Shown here: one piece after another, positions 23,378 through 33,723 of the stretch
Layout: each line of letters begins with the position of its first letter
Position numbering within the stretch: the stretch's first letter is position 1
Assembly: GCF_006345805.1 (NCBI RefSeq)
Contig: NW_021832049.1
Location: forward strand, 1-33,723
Direction: 5' to 3'
Length of the DNA stretch: 33,723 nucleotides
Source of the DNA: Octopus sinensis
Taxonomy: Eukaryota
Notes under the pieces: generated by a model
Database searches by the model: none
Seen by the model: the letters and a program-made list of their open reading frames with translations, nothing else
Told to the model about the DNA's origin: nothing
Position numbers and translations under genes: made by a program

Positions 23378-23920
23378 GAGAGAACGGTCGATTACTTATA
23401 CTCCTCAACAAGGGAATGCCTCTACATGGTTGCTCGTCCTGCAGTAAATAGCAGCTAAAACCCCTTAGAATCACACGCTACTATCTTAAAAGAGAAAAGA
23501 CATACTGCATAATGTGTGCTAGAATGAAAATGGGGGAACAATAACAACAAGCGTTTCATTTTATAGACCCCTATAAATACTTTTATAGACGGCCTTAGCC
23601 TTTTTTTTTTTAGAGCGAACGGTCGATTAAATATTGTCCAGTATTTTAGAGAGAACGGTCGATTAAATATTGTCCAGTATTTTACTGGTACTTTATTTAG
23701 ACAAAAGACCTTTATACAGTTGCTCGACTGCAGGAAACAGCAGCCAAATAGAACTCAAGTCACAAATTATGCGTTACTATCTTTAAAAACGAAAAATATA
23801 TTGGATAATGTGTGCTGGTACGTAAAATGCCTCATGAAAAGAAGCAAAGGTCACGGCTGGAACAACTTTCATTAAAAGCAAAACCAATAACAACAATAAC
23901 TGGTATTTCCTTTTATAGAC
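23378..23920 (+). repeat. Diverged ~270-bp tandem duplication with a 36-bp near-perfect junction repeat
   Basis: GAGAACGGTCGATTA...GTTGCTCG..CTGCAG.AAA.AGCAGC.AAA...ATAATGTGTGCT occurs twice. GAACGGTCGATTAAATATTGTCCAGTATTTTA lies at 23617 and 23653. Confidence 0.75.
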
Positions 23921-24069
23921 TCCTGAAGGAATAAAATGTAAAACTTATTCAGTTAGAATTTGATCTCAGATCGTTAAAAATCATGAATACTGATCTCTAA
24001 GGATGGCACAATTACATTTTGGTAGGGATAATATTGAATCACGATTTACCAACATTCCTGAATACAATT

Positions 24070-24072
24070 CTA

Positions 24073-24155
<83 letters not shown>

Positions 24156-24165
24156 TTACTACCAC
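24070..24165. repeat. (CTA)n microsatellite
   Basis: Directly visible. Confidence 0.95.
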
Positions 24166-24435
24166 TACACTCGCTTATCAATACACATAGACTCACACAT
24201 ACTGTATTCACACGTCAATAGCACAGATATGCAAATTAGGCTATCCATTACGGTGTTAGTTTAATTTATGACTGCTTTATGCAACAGATTAATTTGATAA
24301 AGAAGTGACTCGAGGATACAACGCTGACGATGTGCTCAAGCATTGTATCTGTAGGTATATGTTGAACACACATACACACATAATGCACTTGTACAATGAA
24401 TGCATATACGCGTATATATGCATATATAAACATGG

Positions 24436-24475
<40 letters not shown>

Positions 24476-24541
24476 GCATACACACATATATAATATACAC
24501 ACACACATATATATATATAGATTACATATACATGTATGCAC

Positions 24542-24585
<44 letters not shown>

Positions 24586-24642
24586 AAATAGATATATATA
24601 CGTATGTATATGTGTGTGTGTGCACTCGTATGTGTGTGTGTG

Positions 24643-24862
24643 TCTTATCCTTTACTTCTTTTAGTCATTGAACTGCGTCCATCCTGGAGCAGTACGATGA
24701 TAGGTTTAGTCGAAGAAATTAACTCCCTTGCCCAGTACTCTTTTTTTTGGGGGGGGGGAGCTGGTAGTCATTCAAACGGATCCACTTGTCCAATCTTCAA
24801 GATAATACAGGGACGTAAGCAAAACCACAGCAGTTGTGAAAATGTATTTGAGACAAAAGCAA
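24643..24862 (-). mobile_element. SINE family A, 3' half (decayed)
   Basis: TTAGTCATTGAACTGCGTCCATCCTGGAGCA...GGGACGTAAG. Confidence 0.6.
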
Positions 24863-24981
24863 ACACACACACACACACACACACATATGTATGCATATGT
24901 ATATGTGTACGTATATACATATTATGTGTGTGCGCGTGTATGTGTTTGTGTGTGTATGTATATATATGTATATATATATAT

Positions 24982-25310
24982 GCGCATGGCTCAGTGGTTA
25001 GAGCGTCGAGCTTACGATCGTGAAGTTGTGAGCTCGAATCCCGGACGGGGCTGCGTGTTGTGTTCTTGAGCAAGGCACTTTATTTCACGTTGCTCCAGTC
25101 ACTCAGCTGTAGAAATGAGTTGCGACGTCACAGGTGCCAAGCTGTATCGGCCCTTGACTTTCCTTGGACAACATCGGTGACGTGGAGAGGGGGGCCGGTA
25201 TGCATGGGCGACTGCTGGTCTTCCATAAAACAACCTTGCCCAGACTTGTGCCTCAGAGGGTATCTCTCTAGGTGCAAACCCATGGTCAGTGCCTGACCGA
25301 AGGGGGGTCT
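24982..25310 (+). mobile_element. tRNA-derived SINE (family C), apparently full length
   Basis: A box TGGCTCAGTGGTTAGAGCG and B box GAGCTCGAATCCCGG, followed by TGTTCTTGAGCAAGGCACTT. Embedded in (TA)n. Confidence 0.8.
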
Positions 25311-25323
25311 AAATATATATATA

Positions 25324-26288
<965 letters not shown>

Positions 26289-26318
26289 TATATATATACA
26301 TATATATATAATTATACA

Positions 26319-26384
<66 letters not shown>

Positions 26385-26386
<2 letters not shown>

Positions 26387-26540
26387 AGGTTTCTTTCGGG
26401 TTCTGTGTGCAAAACCCACTCGCAAGGCTTTGGTCGCCTAAAAGCTATAGCAGAAGACACTATCCCAAGGTGTTACGCAAACCGGTTGAGCCCGAAACAA
26501 TGTGGCTGGAATCGAACTTCTTAGCACACACACCTACGTC
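26385..26540 (-). mobile_element. SINE family A, 5' half
   Basis: Reverse complement of the 10008-10165 type head. Confidence 0.65.
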
Positions 26541-26753
26541 TATGTACATACCTGTGTGTCTGTGCGTGTGCGTGTGTGTGTGAGCATGTCTGTCTGTCTG
26601 TGCGTGTGTGTGTGTGAGCCTGTCTGTCTGTCTGTCTGACTTTGTCTGTGTGTATGTGCGTGTGTTTGGGTGTGCACGTTTGCGTGTGCGCGTGTACTTC
26701 TGTATAGACATGTATTATATATAGAATATATATGCGCGCATGCGCATATATTT

Positions 26754-26754
<1 letters not shown>

Positions 26755-26835
<81 letters not shown>
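26755..26835. repeat. (GATA)n microsatellite
   Basis: Directly visible. Confidence 0.95.
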
Positions 26836-27476
26836 GTACATGTTATTTGACAAATAAAACATTTTAATAGCTTCATCTAAAAATATGAGAGTCAGACAAT
26901 TTAATCATACAAATTTCTTAAACAAATTTCTTCCTCTATCCACATCATATCAAAAAGAAAAAAAAAACAGCTGCTCGTTATATATTATATTTCATGTTAT
27001 ATATCGTTTTTTTTTTTTATATATATATAAATATATATTCTCTGTACTAATCTCCATGTACATTTTACTTCAAGAATTTTGTTAGCAAATAAAGACACGG
27101 ACTTATAAGTATGGTAATAACTTATGAAAAATCGATATCGTTCTGCTAGTATATTTCATTCCAAAGACATTTGCGGTATCGTCGTGTCAAAATCGATAAA
27201 GAGTAAACCAACTTTCCTCGACCTGCTTTTCATAATTAGTTAAAGCCTGTTTACTTGCACCGCTCTTATTTCGGAACGCAAGCATATCACGTGGTGCTTC
27301 ATACGTCTTATTTTTCCTCATATGTAATTATTGTAATAATAATAATATTATAATGAAATTCTTCTATATATAATAATGATATATATTATTATCTAGTTTA
27401 TATCATATATACTACTGTACTGTATATACAATAATGTGTTATATATAAAATATATGTATCAAATTTATGATATATA

Positions 27477-27636
27477 CAAGGCGGGTAGTGAAAAGTTCTT
27501 TTACAAGGCTTACAAAACCTAAAGGACCGCTGCAATATGTGTGATTCTGAAAGTAGAATGTATTGAATAAAATCATAATTAACTGATCCTACTGTATTTT
27601 CTTTCACCCATAGCTAGACTTTTCAGTACCCCCTCG
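27477..27636. mobile_element. 160-bp mariner-type MITE
   Basis: TIRs CAAGGCGGGTAGTGAAAAGT and ACTTTTCAGTACCCCCTCG, with TA on both sides; no coding capacity. Confidence 0.7.
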
Positions 27637-27662
27637 TATGTATATATATATATATATATATA

Positions 27663-27699
<37 letters not shown>

Positions 27700-27711
27700 A
27701 TAATATATATA

Positions 27712-27761
<50 letters not shown>

Positions 27762-27777
27762 ATATAATATTATTTTA

Positions 27778-27981
27778 TTGGTTTCAACTTTTGGCACAGG
27801 GACATCGGTTCTTGAAAAAGTGGAAATCGATTATATCATCGTCAATACTAGGCTGGTACTTATTTTATCGACCTGAAAGGATAAAAAGTGTAGCTGACTT
27901 TAGCAGAATTTGAACTCAGATCGTAGAGATGGGGCGAAACACTGCTAAGCATTTTGTCCGGCGTGCTAACGGTTCTGCCAT
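27778..27981 (-). mobile_element. SINE family B
   Basis: CTGGTACTTATTTTATCGACC...GAATTTGAACTCAGA...GCTAAGCATTTTGTCCGGCGTGCTAAC. Confidence 0.75.
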
Positions 27982-27984
27982 TTG

Positions 27985-28125
27985 GGAGTTTACTTCCCAA
28001 TCACATGGTTCTGCGTTCAGTCCCACTGCGTACTGCAATGACCAAGTGTCTTCTTCTGTAGCCTCGGGTCGAGCAAAGCCTTGTGAGTGGATGTGGTAGA
28101 CGGAAACTGAAAGAAGCCTATCGTA
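27985..28125 (+). mobile_element. SINE family A, 5' half
   Basis: CACATGGTTCTGCGTTCAGTCCCACTGCG...GTAGACGGAAACTGAAAGAAGCC. Confidence 0.75.
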
Positions 28126-28164
28126 TATATATATACATCGTATATATATATGTGAAATCTTTTG

Positions 28165-28406
28165 ACTTTTCTCTTTACTTCTTTCAGTCGTTGGACAGTG
28201 GCCATGCTGGGGCACCGACTTGAAGAGTTTCGTCAAAACAATCAACTCCAGTGCTTTTAATATTTTCAAAATCAGGTTTTCGTTCTATCGGTTTCGTTCG
28301 CCGAACCGCTACACTACGTGGTCGTGAAAAAACTAATACCGGCTGTCTCCCTTTTTCTCTGTTTCTTTAACTCCTTATCTTTCTGTCTCTTATCTTTCCT
28401 CTCTCT

Positions 28407-28446
<40 letters not shown>

Positions 28447-28600
28447 GTGACGGGCTCCCATGCAATTTCCGTCTACCAAATTCACATAAAAAGTTTTGGT
28501 TGGCCGCGGGCTATGATAGAAGACGCTTGTTCAAGGTGAGGTGCTATGGGATTGAACTCCAAAGAACTTGGTTGCAAAGCGAGCCTCTTAACCCCACAGC
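28165..28600 (-). mobile_element. Complete SINE family A (head 28600-28445, internal CT-rich microsatellite, tail 28345-28165)
   Basis: Both halves occur in order on the minus strand. Confidence 0.7.
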
Positions 28601-29956
28601 AATGTCACAAATAGTCCAGACAATTTACCAGAAGTTGAAATTTATTAGTATAAAGAGAATGGCTGTGTTTCCAAACAAATTATTTTAAGTAAATTAAATA
28701 TCATTTTCGTTTGGGCATATATAATTTTGATGTTTAAGGAAACAAGTAAAAGAAATTATTACCAAATTTGAACTCGTGGCACAGGGAACCATAGTATTCC
28801 CACCACAATTGCTGACGGCATTTCCCATTCGCTTTCAAAAATCCGGACCTTGTTCTGTATATTTTTTTGTATTTTTACAAGGATGTAATTCAAGGAAGAT
28901 TAAGTTATCATTTCTAGCAGGTCTAGGATCCATGTAGAGGTTCGATGATTAGATCGACAGACAGTTTTTAAAATAAAATTAGGAATCTCACGTGAAATTT
29001 AGCCACATGTTCGCCTGTCACCCAGCCTCACTTTCTCCCTGTCTCCCACCATTCCCTATCTTCTTTTATGGAATAATATATAGAACACAATTTACAACCC
29101 AAAAATATTCAAAAAAAAAAAAGAAAATAACAAAGGAACACTCGAAGAAAGTTCTTCGTTTATTAACACCTCCAGACATTCGTATAGAAATCTCAAATCC
29201 GTGATGGTTTTCTTTATATTTAAGAATCTCACGTAAAAATAACATGGAAAACGCATGAAACAAAGAATGTCTTCTCCTCCAGCGGCAAGAATTAGATTCC
29301 AGTTAGGATAATATTAAAAGACGAAAAAAAAAACTGAAGCTAGTTCTATTGTTGTTGACTGTCTTTAATAAATTCTTTCATGGTTTTTATGTAGACATAA
29401 AAAGAAACTACAAAACTACATGTCGGTACGGAAGTGGCTTTGTGTGTGTGTGTGTGTAAGTGTGTGTGTGTGTAAGTGTGTGTGTGTGTATGTGTGTGTG
29501 AGAGTGTGTGTGTGTGTGTGTGTGAGTGTATCAACGATTATGATATGATATATAAATATATATGAATATATATTTGTCTCTCTGTAAGTATGTATGTGTG
29601 TGCGTGTGTGTACATATGTTTATTTTCATATAACATATAAATTCGTTTATTATATTTATATACATATTCATTGATATGCAAATATATTATTTTATGCATA
29701 TATATACACCTACATATATGTGTGTATGTGTGCATCTGTGTGTATCCATCTTTGTGTGTGCGTATGTGTGTGTGTGTGTGTGTGCAATAGCGTTTGATTC
29801 TAAGATTTGATTGGAGATTGTAATAGGGATATGAATATGGTCCAGCATGATTGCTTGCTATTCCATCTATACACAGACACGCACACACACGAACACAAGC
29901 ATGCAGAAACACATACATACGCATACACACACACACTCACACATACAGGCATGCAG

Positions 29957-30105
<149 letters not shown>

Positions 30106-30575
30106 TATATACATATATATATGCTTGTATGTATGTATGCAGCTGTCTATGTATACATATACACCAGCATGTATGTTATACACCCACACATACGCAAACA
30201 AACAAACACACACATGCACAAACAAACAAACAAACACTTACGCAAGTATGTAAGTACCTTATATATTTTAGCCATCGGGGCTGAGAGTATATAATTATGC
30301 ATTTATTCAAATTATATAATAATTATATTGCGTAATACACCCCACCAGGCGCGCGCGCTCACGCACACACACGCACACACACACACACACACACACACGC
30401 ACATACATTTTATGTGTCTGTGTGTGCATTTCTGATACTATTTTCGTCCGTATATATTTTGTGTGTGTGTGTATGTCTGTGTGAGTATGTTTATGTGTAT
30501 GTATTCATAGACGCAGACACACATACACACACACACACAGACACACACACGCACACACACCACACACACACACAC

Positions 30576-30626
<51 letters not shown>

Positions 30627-30762
30627 GAAGAAGTTGCTTACTGTGCATTTGTATGTAATAGATATATTAATTATAGACTAAAACAAAACATAGACAGTCA
30701 CATACACATTCGCATGTATATATATATATATATAATATATGTAATGTATAATATATATATAT

Positions 30763-30796
<34 letters not shown>

Positions 30797-31032
30797 ATTA
30801 TTATATATATATATATATATTATATATATATATATGTATATACGGATGAACTCTCTCACGTCTATATATTTCACTATTGAATATTCATATCGATTATATG
30901 TAACGACTGTCTGAACCTCACTTGCATGCCAATTCGATCTATAATACACTACTTTTTCTTCGGCTATTTTCAGATTATATCTTTCCGCATGTGATTGAAG
31001 CGTTTATATTCCTTCTCATCTTACTCTAATAT

Positions 31033-31074
<42 letters not shown>

Positions 31075-31234
31075 TATATATATAGCAGTATTTTTATGTT
31101 TTCTAAGTGCAATGACCCTTCTGTTTTTATAGGAAATAGAGAATTTATTACATCCTTTTCATTAACGTTTCCAGAATATTATCTTCATACATGCACGCGT
31201 ACATTCAAACGCATGTATGTCATCAGTACGATCA

Positions 31235-31700
31235 ACATCGTTGTTTAGCATCCGTCTTCCAAAGTGGCATGGAAGACTGTTCAAGAGAGTCCGAAGGTTG
31301 CCGTCCATCTCTAATGTATTCTTTGTCACGATTCCTGCAGCTGGATAGCCTTCTTAGCACCAAACATTTTACGGAGTTTACTGGGTGCACTTTTTTTTCA
31401 TGGCACCGACACTTGTGAGGTCACCAAGTAAGAGGCAAGACAAAAGAAACGCGAAAAACAAATGCCGCCTCGGCTAAGAGGGGATTAATAAATGGGGCGC
31501 AGATTTATGCCGAGTGTTGAGAGGTTAAGTATGATAGAGGAAGATGGAAAGAAGTTTTAGCTGTAGAGGAAATAACATGGCTACCCCGTATAAGAGAAGG
31601 GAATAGCTGGGGACAAGGATGAAGACGGTAGTGATGAGGTGTTAGGTCGTACTTCCATGACACATAGGTACTGGAAGGTAAGAATAAGAGAGGATTGTGA
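31235..31700 (-). mobile_element. Decayed retroposon (SINE/LINE tail type)
   Basis: CATCGTTGTTTAGCATCCGTCTTCCA...GCTGGATAGCCTTCTTAGCACCAA...TACTGGGTGC resembles a common octopus retroposon; recalled by eye, family not established. Confidence 0.5.
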
Positions 31701-31872
31701 CTAAATAGTATATTTATGCATGTGTGTATATATGTGTATTTATGTATCTTTGCATGTATATACATATATTTACACATACACAGATATATTTATACATGAT
31801 AAGTACTAACGCACGAAACTCTTGGCTTTTGAGTCACTCTGTTGCTTCTGCTAAATGTATATATATATACAT

Positions 31873-32228
<356 letters not shown>

Positions 32229-32584
32229 AACATTTTATCCAGCAACACGATGTTTATTATATATATATATATATATACTATATATATATATATATATAAT
32301 ATATGTATATATATATCTGTGTGTGTGTGTGTGTGTATGTGTGTGCGTGTGTACAGAGAGAGAGAGGGAGAGAGAAAGAGAAAGAGTTTAATTACAAACA
32401 TACACCACACATACGCGTGTATATATGTGTATGGTCCAACGTATTTGTGTGTGTTTAAGTTACATCTGCTCTGGAATGCGTCGTCAGTGATGTTTCTGGG
32501 GACTCTTTCAACATCAGACCTCCTCTTTCAAGAAGTCAAGCGAATACCTCAGCACTCTATGTGAAGATAAATCTGGGTAACAGC

Positions 32585-32652
32585 ATTTCTGATGAAGAAT
32601 ATAGTAATCCATATAGGTTAGCTATATCTCGTGGTAGGTACGAACTGTAAAT
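32585..32652 (+). ncRNA. Disrupted hammerhead-like motif
   Basis: ATTT-CTGATGA-A followed by a long hairpin ATATAG.TAATC/GGTTA.CTATAT. The GAAA box is disrupted; CTGT-AAAT follows. Confidence 0.35.
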
Positions 32653-32977
32653 CTGAAGTTAGTTACCGGTTGATTGGTTGGTACATTAATTACAGTGTTG
32701 ACTACTTGAAATATGTATGTAAATGCATTTCTTTCACTAATTTAGACACAAAAGCGTGTTGTCAAATCAAAGAAAATCGAAGTTCAAAGTTTTTCAGTGG
32801 AATTTATGTGGCAACGGAGAAGTTTTAATGTGGTCGTTCCACCTATTGTAAACAGCAGCCTAATCTGCTTCATAGTACTTTCGATCGTCTTAAAGAAATT
32901 AAAGATACGTTAGTTCATATATCCCTAGGTATGCTAACAAATATGTTCTATTTTCTGGGTTTAGAGCTGGACAACAC

Positions 32978-33591
32978 ACGTAGTATTCTGTCGGTTACGA
33001 CGACGAGGGTTCCAGTTAATCTGATTAACGGAACAACCTGCTCGTGAAATTAACGTTTAAGTGGCTGAGCACTCCACAGACACGTGTATCCTTAACATAA
33101 TTCTCGGAGAGATTCAGCGTGACACATAGTGTGACAAGGCTGCCCTCTGAAATACAGGTACAACAGAAACAGGAAGAAAGAGTGAGAGAAAGTTGTAGTG
33201 AAAGAGTACAGCAGGGTTCGCCACCACCCACTGCTTCGTGGAGCTTTATGTGATAGACTGGTGGTTGCACGGACGCGAAAGCTATGTTGTTATCCTCATT
33301 CCGTAAACGGTAGATTTTAACGGGTGGAGAGCTGAACCATCCTGGGGTACAGAGGATTCGCAATCAAGACTAGGGTTACACCATGGTTCCTTTGCTTTGT
33401 GGCAGAAGTAGGAAGAAAGAGAGAAAGAAAGTTGTGGTGAAAGAGTACAGCGAGGTTCACCACCACCCACTGCCGGAAACCTCGTGAAGCTTTAGGCTCA
33501 ATAAACACTCACAACGCCAAGTCCGGGAATTGAAATCACGATCCTACGACCGCGAGTCCACTGCCCTCACCACTGGGCCATTGCACCTCCA
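32978..33591 (-). mobile_element. tRNA-derived SINE (family D) with internal duplication and insert
   Basis: Head GGAGGTGCAATGGCCCAGTGG...GATTTCAATTCCCGG. 33171-33248 is duplicated at 33410-33494, and the tail matches 5015-5150. Confidence 0.75.
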
Positions 33592-33723
33592 TGTTGGACA
33601 ACAGCAACAATAATAATAAGATCGTCGGTGCTAGAGTTACTTGGAAAAGCATGAACACCCAGCAGTCCATTATCTTTTTTAAATAAAAAAAATGTTCTGT
33701 ATTTATTAGCATAGGGATCAAGA

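Noticed and set aside
23611-23684. CRISPR-like 32-36-bp direct repeats
   Set aside because: Only two adjacent copies, no spacers or cas genes, and a eukaryotic context.
24982-25055. tRNA gene
   Set aside because: A and B boxes are present, but there is no convincing acceptor stem and the sequence runs into a SINE body.

Overview
Eukaryotic, AT-rich, non-genic (intergenic or intronic) DNA. The SINE families and the very dense (TA)n/(CA)n/(CATA)n/(GATA)n microsatellites point to an octopus/coleoid cephalopod genome (inference from recognised repeat types, not a database match). I see no intact host gene, and most listed ORFs are microsatellite artefacts. The window holds many tRNA-derived SINEs, a full-length dead Tc1 element with DD36E spacing (18391-19670), a deleted maT-like mariner, MITEs, two decayed LINE reverse transcriptase relics and several Penelope-like element (PLE) remnants. 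The most interesting signal is about a dozen minimal hammerhead-ribozyme-like motifs from at least six repeat families. One non-coding ~200-bp fold-back module carries a hammerhead with a swapped G3:C8 core pair (GUGAACA instead of CUGANGA). One copy of that module is flanked by a 12-bp target-site duplication, and its inverted arm starts exactly at the predicted cleavage site. All folds and alignments were done by eye; ribozyme activity is untested.
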